A stretch of DNA of 64,000 nucleotides from Spirochaetia bacterium (GCA_965208575.1 CBDBOV010000005.1:288001-352000), one strand, 5' to 3'. Numbered from the stretch's first letter, positions 18,125-28,439 are shown. Made by a program: numbers and translations. Notes: generated by a model not told the origin, from the sequence alone.

Positions 18125-21100
18125 TCAGTACCGGGCGTCCAGCTTCAGCCGGATGCCGTGCTGCGGCCCGGAGTCGTTGACCGGCTCGGTCCGGATCGCC
18201 TCGACGCCGAGGTCGAACGACGACGTCGCGCTCCGGGCGAGCCCGAGCTTCCAGCCGAGGCGGAACTCGCGCGCGGTGTCGGACAGCGCCACGCCCAACT
18301 CCGGCGTCGCGGTGAGGCGCTCGCCGAAGGCGGGGAAGCCGTAGCCGAACTTCAGTTCCAGCCGACGGCTGTCCAGGCCGTCGCCGGTAGCAGCCAGGCC
18401 GGCCAGGGTCGGCCGCCCGAGCAGCGCCCGGCTGCCGCCGGTGGCCGCCGCGCCCACGGTCTGGGTGACAGTCAGCGACGCTCCCCGCTCGGAGGCCGGG
18501 TCCGGGTCCCAGGCGAGCGAGCCGGACAGGCCGAGGTCGCGGAAGCCGTCGAACTCCTCGGTCAGCAACCCGCGCGCCGCCACCTGCGCCGACAGCCCGA
18601 GCGCCGGGGCCGACCAGGCCAGCCCGCCGCCCACGTCCATCCCGTAGCCGGTCTCCGCGTCACCGCCGTCGTGGCGCACCCCGACCGCGACCGTCGGCTC
18701 CACCGTGCCGCCGCGCCCCAGCCCGATCCGGTAGCCGCCGTCGAGCCCCAGCCTGATCCGCGTGGCGTCCGCCTGCGCTTCCGCCAGCCCCGATGCCTCC
18801 GCGGAACCGGTGCGCACCCAGTAGGCGTCGGTCTCGATGGCCAGCGAGAAGCCGCTCCCGGCGGTCGGCTCCACCAGCCGCCCGCGCGCGCCCAGCGCCG
18901 CCAGCACCAGCGACAGGTCGGTCTCCAGCGCCGCCGCCCCCTCGGGCGTGAGCGTGAGCCCGCCCAGCCCCAGCCCGCCGGCCGCCCACGCGGTCAGCCG
19001 CTCGCTCAGGTCCACCCCCACGTAGGGATGCACCGCGGTCAGCGTGCTCGCCACCGTCCCGGCGCCGGCGGCGGCCCGGTAGCTGCCGTCCCCGCGTGCG
19101 TGCGAGAGCATCACCCCGCCGAGCCACGCCCCGGAGTCCACCTCCGCGCCGAGCAGCGCCGTGGTCACCTCGCCCTCCACGCTCAGGCTTCCCTCGCGCC
19201 CCTCGAACCGCGACCACCCGCCGCGGCCCCACAGCGCCGCCGCCGGCCGATCCTCCGCCGCCGCGGAGGTCACCGAAAACGCGCTGCCGGCCAGCAGCTC
19301 GCCGCCGCTCATCGTGCGCGGCTGCTCCGGCGTGCCCGCCAGCCAGCGCGCCAGCTCCTGGTCGGCAAGCCGCGCCGATTCGTCCGCGTCGAGGCCGCCG
19401 GCGGAAAGCTCCTGCCCGGCAAGCCGCGCCTGTGCACCGCCGCCGCCCCGCGCCGCCAGCCGCGCCCCGACCGCGTCCACGACCTGCTCGGCCAGCGTGC
19501 GCCCGAACCGCGCCAGCCACGCCCGCGGCATCGCGTCCGTGTTCTCGATCGTGCCGGTCGCCTCCAGGTCGCCCGCGCGCGCGCCCACGACGTTCGACAG
19601 CCGCAAGCTGAACGTCTCGTGCCCCTCGTCGTGGCTGTCGTCGAGCACGGGCACGCTCACCGTCTTCGTCGTCTCGCCCGCGGCGAAGGTCAGCGTGCCG
19701 CTCGCCGCCGTGTAGTCCTCGCCCGCCGTCGCCGTGCCGTCGGATGTGGCGTAGTCCACCGTCACGGAGTGCCCCGCGCCTGTGAAGGCGCGGCTCAGCG
19801 ACACCTCGAACTCCACCGCCTCGTCCGCACCCTCACGCGCCCGTGCGTCCGCCACCGAGAGCGCCGGGCGCCAGTCCACCTTGTGGCCGGAAGCATGGCC
19901 GAGGCCGGTGTGCCCGAGCGCCGCGTCCGTCCCGCCCGCCGTGCGGATCGTCCCGCCGCTCAGGGTCAGCGTGTCCGCGAGCACCGCGATCCCCTGCCTC
20001 GACAGGTTCGGCTCCACCACCGTGTGCGCGAAAATGAGGCTGCTCGTGCCGCTGCCGCTCGCGTAGGCCGCCTGCTTCTCGCCCCACTCCGCCGGGTCCA
20101 TGTCGATGGACAGCGTCGGCGTGCCGGTCACCGTCACCGCCTCGCTGAACGTCGCCCGGATCCGGATCGTCTCGCCCAGCAGATAGGTGTCGCCCGAGGC
20201 CGGGCTCGAGACCACCGACACGCCGCTCACCGACGGCGGCCCCGGCGCCTTCACCGTCGCCGACACCGCGCTCGACAGCTTCCGCCCGTCCGGCGTGCAC
20301 AACGCGCCCGTCGCCGTGCAGTCGGTCGTCGCCGGCAGCGACACCGTGACCTCCGCCCCCGAGGTCGGCTGCACCGTGACCGTCCAGCGCCGGTTGTCGC
20401 CCCTCACCACCCGCTTCGTGCGGGTCACCGTCGCGTTCGTCGCCTGAAGCGCCTCGGTGCGCAGCGTCGCCGAGGAAAACTTCCGTACCAGCGCCTCGCT
20501 GAACACGAGACCGAAGCTGAACGCGCTGTCCCTGCCCCCGTGCGAGGCCGGCACATCGACGAACCGCGCCGTCAGCGGCGGCTGCCCCCCCGCCGTCCGC
20601 CAGTCCACCTTGTGGTTCGCGTCGTGGCCAAGGCCGTCATGCGCGAGGTTCGCGTCCGCGCCGTCCGCGCCGATCGTCCCGCCGGCGAGCTCCAGCGTGT
20701 TCTCCAGCACGGCGATGCCCTGCGTCGAGATGTTCGGCTCCACCACCGTGTGGACGAAGGTCAGGCTGTCCGTGCCGCCGCCGCTCGCGTAGGCCGCCCA
20801 CTTCTCGCCCCACTCCGCCGGGTCCATGTCGATCTTCAGCCGCGGCGTGCCCGTCACGTCCACCGGCCCGTCGAAGGTCACCCGGACCTGGATGGTGTCG
20901 CCGAGCCCGTAGGTCTGGTCCGCGCCCGCGCCCGAGACCACCGACACCCCGGTCACCGCGACCGGAACCGGCGCGAGCCGCCAGTCCACCTTGTGCGCGG
21001 GGTCGTGGTCGCGGCCCGCATGAGAGAGCGCCGCATCCACCTGCGCCGCCGCCGCCCTGATGGTCCCGCCGTCGAGCGCCAGCGTGTCCGCGAGCACCGC

Positions 21101-23401
21101 GACGCCCTCGGTCGCCAGGTTCGGCTCGACCACCTGGTAGACGAATACCAGCGTGTCCGTGCCCGATCCGCTCCGGTAGAGCGCCCGCTTCTCGCCCGAC
21201 TCAGCCGGGTCCAGGTCGACGGTCAGCGCCGGCGTCCCGCCGGCGCTATCGACCTCCACCGCCGCGCTGAACGTCACCGCCACCCGGACCCGCTCGCCGA
21301 GCGCGTAGGTGGCGTCGCTTCCTGCGTCCGAGACCACCGCCACGCCCGTCACCCGGGGCACCCCGGTGACGTTCTCAAGGGCGATGCGCACGTACCGCCA
21401 CTCCACCCCGTCGCCGATAGGCAGCACCTCGGGCGCCTTCACCAAGTTTCCGGCGAGGTCCCGCAGCGCCCCGCCCGCGCCGTCCGCGCCGTCGGCGCGC
21501 CGGATGTAGAGTACCTGGTTGCGCGTCAGCCGGCCGACCTCCGCCCGCGGATTGCCCGCGCCCATACCGACCGTCACCACCGAGTCCTCGACCGACACTA
21601 CGCCGGTGGCGTCGAAGTTGGACCAGAGGATCTCCGTCGACAGGTCCACCATGAACCGGCCCCCCGTCGCGCCCGCGTCCAGCGCCTCGTTGAAGAAGAG
21701 CTTCATCGTCCCGCCGTCGACCTCGCCCCGCAGCAGCCGCGGCGGCGCCGCGTCCACCTTGTGCGCCGGGTCGTGCGCGAGGCCCGCGTGGCCGAGCACC
21801 GCCGCGGCATCGGTCGCAACCGACCTGATGGCGCCGCCGTCGAGCTCCAGCGTGTCCGCGAGCACCGCCACGCCCGCGGCCGATTCGTCCGGCGCCGCCG
21901 CGGTCCAGGCGAAGGTGAGCGCCGTCGTGCCGGAGCCGCTCTCGTACGCCGCCCAGCGCTCGCCCGTGCCGTCGTCGCCACCGAGGTCGAGCTTCAGCCG
22001 CGGCGCCCCGCCTTCGGTGTCCACCTCTACCGCCTCGCCGAAGGTCAGCGCCACCTGCACGGTGTCGCCCGCCGCGTAGGTGTCGTCACCGCCCGCATCC
22101 GAGACCACCGCCGCCGCGGACACGGTTGCGCGCCGCCCGCCGTACACCTTGTGGTTCCGGTTGTGGGCGAGGCCCTTATGCGCAAGTGCCGCGTCCTCCC
22201 CGGCATCCGACACGGACTCGATCGTGCCGCCGTTCAGCGCCAGCGTGTTCGCGAGCACCGCCACGCCCGCGCTCGACGAGTCGTCCTGCGCCACCGAGTA
22301 GGCGAACTCCAGCCTCTTCGTGCCGCTGCCGCCCGCGTACTCCGCCCACTGCTCGTCTCCGTCCGACGAGCTGAAGTCGAGCTTCACCCGCGGCGTGCCG
22401 GTCACCGTCACCGCCTCGCTGAAGGTCAGCCGCACCCCAATGGACTCGCCCCGCGCGTAGGTGTCGTCGCCGACCGGCTCCGACGACACCTCGACATTCG
22501 TGGCCTTGGGCAGACAGAGAGGAGCCGCCGCCCGGCTAAAAATGCCGGCCGCCCGATAGCCGGGCGCCTGAAAGCCGGCCGCCCGGGTGCCGGCCGCCAT
22601 CCCACATTGAGGACTCGCGTCCCGATCACCAACGCCTGTCACCTGATAGCTTGCCACCTGGTTGCCGGAGGGGTCCTGGAGCGGGTTGCTGGACGGCTTC
22701 GTGTAGCTCACCCTCACCGTCGCGCCGGCCGCCGCCGCCGAGGCCAGGTTCAGCTTGAGCGTGACGCCGGCAATTTCCACCGGATCGGTAGTCGCCAGTG
22801 CGGCCGGATTATCGCCCACCGTCACCGCAAACGCGCTCGCCGCCGGCTTGGAGCTCGTGTCCAGCTTGTTCTCGAAGGTCATGGTCAGCACAGTGTTGCT
22901 CACCGTCATAACCCAGACCGACGGCGCGGTGACGTTGTCCAAAGAGTAAGCAAATGGTCGTATGTACCTCACCTCGTTGCCGGCAACGTCCCGGAGTTTG
23001 TTGACGGCTCGGCTGCTTCTGTACTCATACAACCAGACACGCCGGCCCGATACCGCCCGTGACATGCCGCTGACCACCACCTTTTTGCCGCTGATCTCCA
23101 CCGCTCCGCTGGCAAAACAAGTGTGGGCGCAGACATCGCGGAAACCGGGCAGGCCCCAGCCGCTGGGGATGCCGTGGGGGTTGTGGCTGCACAACAGGTG
23201 CTCCTGATACGTCCAGAAGGCGCGGGCCTCCGGCACCGAGTCCTCGTCCAGCGCCTCGTTGAAATAGAGGGTCAGCGTTCTGCCGTCGATTTCACCCCGC
23301 ACCAGCGTCGGCGGCGTGGTGTCCGGGGCCTGCGCGGCGGCGAACGGCGCCAGCGCGGTCGCGACGGCAGCGAGCAGCACGAACGTACGGACGAACTTCA
23401 T
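18125..23401 (-). CDS. Giant modular adhesin/autotransporter-like protein 3 (1758 aa)
   Basis: Same signal peptide and barrel; mosaic of modules found in proteins 1 and 2. Confidence 0.85.
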   Translation of the reverse strand: MKFVRTFVLLAAVATALAPFAAAQAPDTTPPTLVRGEIDGRTLTLYFNEALDEDSVPEARAFWTYQEHLLCSHNPHGIPSGWGLPGFRDVCAHTCFASGAVEISGKKVVVSGMSRAVSGRRVWLYEYRSSRAVNKLRDVAGNEVRYIRPFAYSLDNVTAPSVWVMTVSNTVLTMTFENKLDTSSKPAASAFAVTVGDNPAALATTDPVEIAGVTLKLNLASAAAAGATVRVSYTKPSSNPLQDPSGNQVASYQVTGVGDRDASPQCGMAAGTRAAGFQAPGYRAAGIFSRAAAPLCLPKATNVEVSSEPVGDDTYARGESIGVRLTFSEAVTVTGTPRVKLDFSSSDGDEQWAEYAGGSGTKRLEFAYSVAQDDSSSAGVAVLANTLALNGGTIESVSDAGEDAALAHKGLAHNRNHKVYGGRRATVSAAAVVSDAGGDDTYAAGDTVQVALTFGEAVEVDTEGGAPRLKLDLGGDDGTGERWAAYESGSGTTALTFAWTAAAPDESAAGVAVLADTLELDGGAIRSVATDAAAVLGHAGLAHDPAHKVDAAPPRLLRGEVDGGTMKLFFNEALDAGATGGRFMVDLSTEILWSNFDATGVVSVEDSVVTVGMGAGNPRAEVGRLTRNQVLYIRRADGADGAGGALRDLAGNLVKAPEVLPIGDGVEWRYVRIALENVTGVPRVTGVAVVSDAGSDATYALGERVRVAVTFSAAVEVDSAGGTPALTVDLDPAESGEKRALYRSGSGTDTLVFVYQVVEPNLATEGVAVLADTLALDGGTIRAAAAQVDAALSHAGRDHDPAHKVDWRLAPVPVAVTGVSVVSGAGADQTYGLGDTIQVRVTFDGPVDVTGTPRLKIDMDPAEWGEKWAAYASGGGTDSLTFVHTVVEPNISTQGIAVLENTLELAGGTIGADGADANLAHDGLGHDANHKVDWRTAGGQPPLTARFVDVPASHGGRDSAFSFGLVFSEALVRKFSSATLRTEALQATNATVTRTKRVVRGDNRRWTVTVQPTSGAEVTVSLPATTDCTATGALCTPDGRKLSSAVSATVKAPGPPSVSGVSVVSSPASGDTYLLGETIRIRATFSEAVTVTGTPTLSIDMDPAEWGEKQAAYASGSGTSSLIFAHTVVEPNLSRQGIAVLADTLTLSGGTIRTAGGTDAALGHTGLGHASGHKVDWRPALSVADARAREGADEAVEFEVSLSRAFTGAGHSVTVDYATSDGTATAGEDYTAASGTLTFAAGETTKTVSVPVLDDSHDEGHETFSLRLSNVVGARAGDLEATGTIENTDAMPRAWLARFGRTLAEQVVDAVGARLAARGGGGAQARLAGQELSAGGLDADESARLADQELARWLAGTPEQPRTMSGGELLAGSAFSVTSAAAEDRPAAALWGRGGWSRFEGREGSLSVEGEVTTALLGAEVDSGAWLGGVMLSHARGDGSYRAAAGAGTVASTLTAVHPYVGVDLSERLTAWAAGGLGLGGLTLTPEGAAALETDLSLVLAALGARGRLVEPTAGSGFSLAIETDAYWVRTGSAEASGLAEAQADATRIRLGLDGGYRIGLGRGGTVEPTVAVGVRHDGGDAETGYGMDVGGGLAWSAPALGLSAQVAARGLLTEEFDGFRDLGLSGSLAWDPDPASERGASLTVTQTVGAAATGGSRALLGRPTLAGLAATGDGLDSRRLELKFGYGFPAFGERLTATPELGVALSDTAREFRLGWKLGLARSATSSFDLGVEAIRTEPVNDSGPQHGIRLKLDARY

Positions 23402-23604
23402 GGCAGCCCCTGACCTAACCCTAACTCATGGTTGGTTATCATGTCCAGATCATCTCATGATCTCTTGATGGACTCTCCATTACGTATACTGATCCCGTAC
23501 ACCGTGTCCATCCCGCCCAGTGGCACGGCTCGACCAGCATCCGCCGCGTGTCGCGGGTCAGAAGGGCGAGCGGGAACTGCTGGGCGAGGCGTAGCCGCCG
23601 GCGA

Positions 23605-24036
23605 TCAGAGCTGGAGCGGATTACGCCACTTCAGCGCCGGGAACCGGGCGAAGTCCGTGTCCGTGCTGTGCAGCTCGTACCCTCGGGCGATCGCCAGGGC
23701 GGCCAGATGAGCGTCCGTGGTGAGGTTGCCGGCAGTGCCGAGATTGCCCAGCAGATCGCGGAGCAGATCGAAGTGTCGAGACGACGGCGCCGCCACATGC
23801 ACCTGAGGCAGTGCGAGCCACGAGCCGAGCCGATCGAGAACATCCGTCACGGGCAGCGGATTCGCGAGAATCGACCGGTGAGTGGTGATACGGATGAATC
23901 CGAGCATGGCTACCCAGGCCAGTCCCACACCGACCGTGCCGGCCAGCAGGTCGTCCCACCAGCGCCGAGCCGCATCGTGCGCCGGCGAGTCGGCGTTGTG
24001 AGCATGGATGAGCAGGTTGACGTCAGGGAGGATCAA
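23605..24036 (-). CDS. vapC: VapC PIN-domain toxin
   Basis: MILPDVNLLIHAHN...GNLTTDAHLAALA...STDTDFARF. Confidence 0.92.
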   Translation of the reverse strand: MILPDVNLLIHAHNADSPAHDAARRWWDDLLAGTVGVGLAWVAMLGFIRITTHRSILANPLPVTDVLDRLGSWLALPQVHVAAPSSRHFDLLRDLLGNLGTAGNLTTDAHLAALAIARGYELHSTDTDFARFPALKWRNPLQL

Positions 24037-24305
24037 CCGAGTCCGGTCTCCCTGTTGTGGCGCGCGACGAACGCCTCCGCCTCCAATTCGTCAGCGAGTT
24101 GGTTGAGCTTGTCGAGGTCCACTCCAGGCCGAAAGCCAAAGTGATGAGGCTTGGTCTTCGGCGGAGTGCCGTGTCCGGCCGCCGGTTGTCCCAGCCCTTG
24201 CCGGATGGCCTGATTCACCACTTCCTTGAAGGACACTCCCAACTTCCCAGCCCTCTCCTTGAGCACCGCGGCAAGATCATCCTCCAAGGTCAGCGTCGTG
24301 CGCAT
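24033..24305 (-). CDS. vapB: VapB antitoxin (RHH/CopG-like)
   Basis: MRTTLTLEDDLA...SFKEVVNQAIRQGL; 4-nt overlap with vapC. Confidence 0.85.
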   Translation of the reverse strand: MRTTLTLEDDLAAVLKERAGKLGVSFKEVVNQAIRQGLGQPAAGHGTPPKTKPHHFGFRPGVDLDKLNQLADELEAEAFVARHNRETGLG

Positions 24306-24308
24306 GGA

Positions 24309-24339
24309 GACATCATGACACTCCGTTACATGATGTCAA
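24309..24339 (-). promoter_or_regulatory. vapBC promoter/operator
   Basis: Perfect inverted repeat GACATCATG-N11-CATGATGTC overlapping TTGACA (-35) and CATGAT (-10), 6 nt before the ATG. Confidence 0.7.
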
Positions 24340-24470
24340 GTCATCGCATTGACTCATCGAAAATCTAACCGTAGCGAAAGCATGCCTCATCTAAAAATCT
24401 AACCGAACGGGCTGGACCTTCCGGGTCCGGTTGGAGCCTCTCCGAGGGACGTGAGGAGGTTCCGGAGGAG

Positions 24471-25745
24471 ATGGGGTTGAAGATGAGTTCAAGGCGAGAG
24501 CTCACCGAGCAGCACGCGCAGCGGTATCGTCGGGCGGGCAAGAAGGAGAAGGGGCGCATACTCGACGAGTTCGTCGAGTCGACCGGGTACCAGCGCAAGT
24601 ACGCGATCCATCTGTTGACCTGGTGGGGACGGACCCGCATGGTGCGAGTCGACGGCACACTGGTGAAGCTGGTGGTCGGGCGTCCGCGGCCTGCCCAGCG
24701 CCGCGTGCGACCGCGGCGCTACGACCAGGAGGTGCTGGTCGCTCTGAAGCTGATCTGGTACGTGTTCGACTGCATGTGCGGCAAGCGCCTGGTGGTCGTG
24801 CTGCGCACCATGCTGCCGACGCTGGAGTCGTTCGGCGAGATCGAGCTGACCGCAGCGGTGCGCGGCAAGCTGCAGACCATCAGCGCCGCGACCATCGACC
24901 GGCTGCTGCAGCAGGAGCGCGCACGGCTGCGCCTGAAGGGTCGCACGCACACCAAGCCGGGCACCCTCCTGAAGGATCAGATCGCGATCCGAACCTTCGC
25001 TGACTGGGACGAGCAGGAGCCGGGCTTCTTCGAGATCGACTTGGTGGGCCATGAAGGCGGCAACGCGTCAGGCGACTTCTGCCACACGCTCACCATCACC
25101 GACGTTGACACCGGCTGGGTCGACCTGTACGGCGTGCAGAACAAGGCGCAGCGCTGGACCCACGAGGCGATCGACGCTGCCCGGCAGAGCCTGCCGATCG
25201 TGATGCGGGGGATCGACACCGACAACGGCAGCGAGTTCATCAATCATCATTTGCTGCGCTATTGCGAAGCGCACGGCATCACGTTCACTCGGGGTCGCCC
25301 GCATCGCAAGAACGACACCTGCTACGTCGAGCAGAAGAATGGCCACGTGGTGCGACGGGCGGTCGGCCACCTGCGTTACGACACCGACCGGGAACTGGCT
25401 GCCCTCAACGCGATATACCGCCCGCTGTGCCTGCTGGTGAACTTCTTCTATCCCTCGGTGAAGCTGGTGAAGAAAACCCGCACCGGCAGCAAGGTGCGCC
25501 GCATCTATGACGACCCGCAGACGCCGTATCACCGCATGCTGGCCTCCGAGTCGGTGAGCGAGAAGGTGAAGAACCGCCTCAAGCAGCAGTACGCGACGTT
25601 GAATCCGGTCGCCCTCAAGCGCGAGCTGACCAGGTTGACCGAGGATCTGCTGCAGCTGAACGTCAGCAAGACCGCCAAGGCCGCACCAAGCACGGTGCAA
25701 ACACCGAGCGAGGAGCGTGGTGGCAGCGGTCGCACGGCAAAATGA
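24471..25745 (+). CDS. Integrase-core (rve) DDE transposase
   Basis: RYRRAGKKEKGRILDEF, EIDLVGH, IDTDNGSEF, KNDTCYVEQKN. Confidence 0.9.
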   Translation: MGLKMSSRRELTEQHAQRYRRAGKKEKGRILDEFVESTGYQRKYAIHLLTWWGRTRMVRVDGTLVKLVVGRPRPAQRRVRPRRYDQEVLVALKLIWYVFDCMCGKRLVVVLRTMLPTLESFGEIELTAAVRGKLQTISAATIDRLLQQERARLRLKGRTHTKPGTLLKDQIAIRTFADWDEQEPGFFEIDLVGHEGGNASGDFCHTLTITDVDTGWVDLYGVQNKAQRWTHEAIDAARQSLPIVMRGIDTDNGSEFINHHLLRYCEAHGITFTRGRPHRKNDTCYVEQKNGHVVRRAVGHLRYDTDRELAALNAIYRPLCLLVNFFYPSVKLVKKTRTGSKVRRIYDDPQTPYHRMLASESVSEKVKNRLKQQYATLNPVALKRELTRLTEDLLQLNVSKTAKAAPSTVQTPSEERGGSGRTAK

Positions 25746-25805
25746 CCCTCTCAGGCGGGTCTGACGGTCGATAATCGGAGAATGGGCGGTCAGCGATGAG
25801 AAAAC

Positions 25806-25869
25806 GTCGCCTCAGCCGCGCTGTAAGGCCCCTCCACGACACGAGGTGGTGTCTGGATACCCCCGTGTC
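25806..25869 (+). repeat. 64-bp direct repeat, second copy at 27778-27841
   Basis: 60/64 identical; weaker similarity extends about 70 bp further left in both copies. Confidence 0.9.
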
Positions 25870-25887
25870 TATGCATAACCATGCAAT

Positions 25888-27561
25888 TCAGTGCAACTTT
25901 ATCCGCGACCGTAAGCCGGGTGGCGGAGTCCCGGTGCCGTCCCTGCAGTGCCTCGGCGAGGCGATTGCGGACCGCTGCCAGCCGGCTGCGTACCCGCCTG
26001 ATGCTCTTTTCCAGGGCCCGGCGCACCGGTTCACGACCCGTGCGTCGGGCTCCGGCGGCGCAAGGTCATGGCTCGGCAGCGCGTCAAGGTTGAACTGCTC
26101 GCGCAGGTACTTGAAGAAGTTCTCCTGCGACCAGCGCGAGAACATGGCGCCGGCGACCTGCGCCAACGGCATCTGCGGGTGCGTGGTGATCACCGCCACC
26201 TGACGACCGTTGGCCAGACGCCGCCGGATCTGGCGCACCACCAGCCCGTTGCGCAGCATGATCGGCTGCTCGGCCAGATCAACCGCAGTCGTGCTGGTGC
26301 CGGCGGGACCATGGATCGGTACCTCGAAGGTGTGGAAGTCTTCCGGCAGCCAGTCCGCGCCGTTGAAGTTCTTGTGCCAGGTGATGCAGGCGATGCCACG
26401 CCGGGCCAGGCGCTTGAACAGGTCCGGGCTCCAGCCCTCGCGGTCGAACACCAGGGTCAGCTGCGGGGTACCGGCCGGTGCTCCGGTCAGGTCGGGGGCC
26501 GCTTCGGTCACCACCCCCAGGTGCTGCAACTGCGGCACCACGTCGTGCTTGATCGCATTCACCGGCTTCGGGTCCAGCGCCTTGTGCAGGCACAGCAGCG
26601 GTGCGCCGCCGAGGGCGTTGATCCAGTAGCTCACCGACGCCGGCAGACACAGCTTCTGGCGTGCGACGAAGTGTTTCGGCAACCGCCCGTTGCGCCCGGT
26701 GTACACCTTCACGTGGCCATCCACGGCCAGCGTCGTCCAGTCGTCGTCGTGCTCGCTGGCCCAGGTACGCGCCAGTACCGATTGCCAATCGCGCACGGTG
26801 TGCTCGGCGCTGGCCAGCAGCCTGATCTTGCGGCGCAGCGTCTTGGTCTCCGGACAGCGGTCGAGGCCGAGGATGGCGCCCCACTCGCCGGGTGCCTGGT
26901 AGCGCAGGCTCTCGGGGTTGCGCACCCGGGCCAGGGTCATGCAGGCGACGAACAGGAGGATGGTGGTCAGGCCGTAGAATCCGGCCGGCAGGCGGAACAG
27001 GCGGTTGGCGGCGGTGAGCAGGCCCTCGCGCAGCAGCATCGCCAGTGCGGCCAGCACGCCGCCGCCAGCGACCGCGTGGGCGGGCTCGACGAACGCTGGT
27101 GTGGCCTCGGTCAGCAGGCCGGCTCTGGCGAGCGTGCGGCGTTCCACGTCGCGCGCCGCGCGGCCCATGGGCGCGTGCTTGTCGCGGGCGTCGCGGCTGG
27201 CGCGCTCAGTGGCGACCGCCGGGTCGCTGACCGCGGCGGCGGTGCTGACCGGGTGATCAGTGGTGGTGGCCGCCGGCGCAACCTCGGCGCTGGCGGCGGG
27301 CTCCCGGGTGGGATCTGTGATGACGCCGGCGCGGCGGTTCTCGTTGAAGGTGCTCACCGGGATGCCGAGTTCGCGAGCGCAGGCTGAGCCGCTCATCCCG
27401 GAAGCGAGCAGCTTGGCTGCCTGGTCCGCCATCTCGGCGTCGTCCACGGTGGCCTCCACGGCACCGCGCCGGCTGACTCCGGTCGGGCTACGCCCTCCGT
27501 CCGTCAGCGGGGTACAGCATCTCCTCCGCCCCGTTCGATCCCGACGGCTCCGGTGTCGCAA
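25888..27561 (-). pseudogene. Second transposase, truncated and frameshifted
   Basis: VDGHVKVYTG, LVFDREGWSP, MFSRWSQENFFKYLR DDE-like motifs; frame shifts near 26030 into ORF 25790-26026; C-terminus missing. Confidence 0.75.
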
Positions 27562-28439
27562 CCTCGTCGCCTACCCCGTCCCGGCGGTGGGGAATTGTCA
27601 TGACCCTGCCCCGGGCAACGCACCTCGGTGCAGTTGTCCGGGGCGCCTCGCTCCGTGCGCTCCGCAGCAACCTGCGCGCCGCTCGCGGCGTGGGCGGCAT
27701 CACCCGGCTCGGCAAATGACTTCTGAGCGTCTCTGACGCCCGTATATCCGTGAGCCAGACGGTCGGCGTCAAGAAATGTCGCCTCAGCCGCGCTGTAAGG
27801 CCTCTCCGCGACACGAGGTGGTGTCTGGACATCCCCGTGTCACCAGCACCGAAGTCGCCTCCAGACCCGTCCGCCCCCTCTTCGGTCAGCGACACGACAC
27901 GGCACCGACCACCTCCCTGCCGTTGACGCCTCCTCATCCGCGCCGACCAACCAGATACGCCCCCGGTCGCGTTGGTGTGCTTGAATCAACCCGGCCGGTC
28001 GCCCAGCAGCCTATCCACTTATCCACAATTTATGAGTCTCCCCCCCTCGCGCTCCCCCCTCGTTCTCCGCCTCCCTTTCGGTTAGATTCTTACGTGAGGC
28101 ACGCTCACCGTAAGGTTAGATTTTTACGTGAGGCAATAGGGTTCGCGTCCGACCACAACAAGAGGCCCGTTACCAGACCTGAGTCAGGTCGACGGCTGCG
28201 TCCGCCGGGTTCGCCATCGCTGGCCGGCGTGCCGGTCGCGGTGGTGGCCGATCCGCGGTCGCCCGACCGCTGGAACGTGTTCTCGCGGCGCACCGGCGCC
28301 GGCGTCGTGCAGTTCGCGGCCCACGAGCGCGGCATCCGCGATCCGCAATCGGGCACGGGTGTGGGACGCCACCACCGGCGTGGTCGTCGCCGGCCCGTCC
28401 GACGCGCAGCCGCTGCTGCGCATCCCCGCGCTGACGTCG

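Larger units (their letters stand above)
24348..28137 (+). mobile_element. IS element with an rve/DDE transposase (ISNCY-like) carrying a nested second element
   Basis: Each end has two copies of a TG(A/C)CTCA-N-AAATCTAACC-like motif, inverted between ends (24348-24407, 28078-28137); no clear target-site duplication. Confidence 0.7.

Noticed and set aside
5782-23062. Very long alternative-frame and antisense ORFs over the adhesins (e.g. 8998-12342, 13297-17067, 18158-23062)
   Set aside because: Arg/Pro/Gly-rich shadows expected from high-GC codon bias; no recognisable motifs
12205-23240. Diversity-generating retroelement acting on the adhesin tips
   Set aside because: No reverse transcriptase or template repeat in the window, and the variation includes large indels; a remote DGR cannot be excluded
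28220-28350. Protein-like stretch VAVVADPRSPDRWNVFSRRTGAGVVQFAAHERG (+)
   Set aside because: Possibly a gene scrap, but no start, stop or family could be assigned
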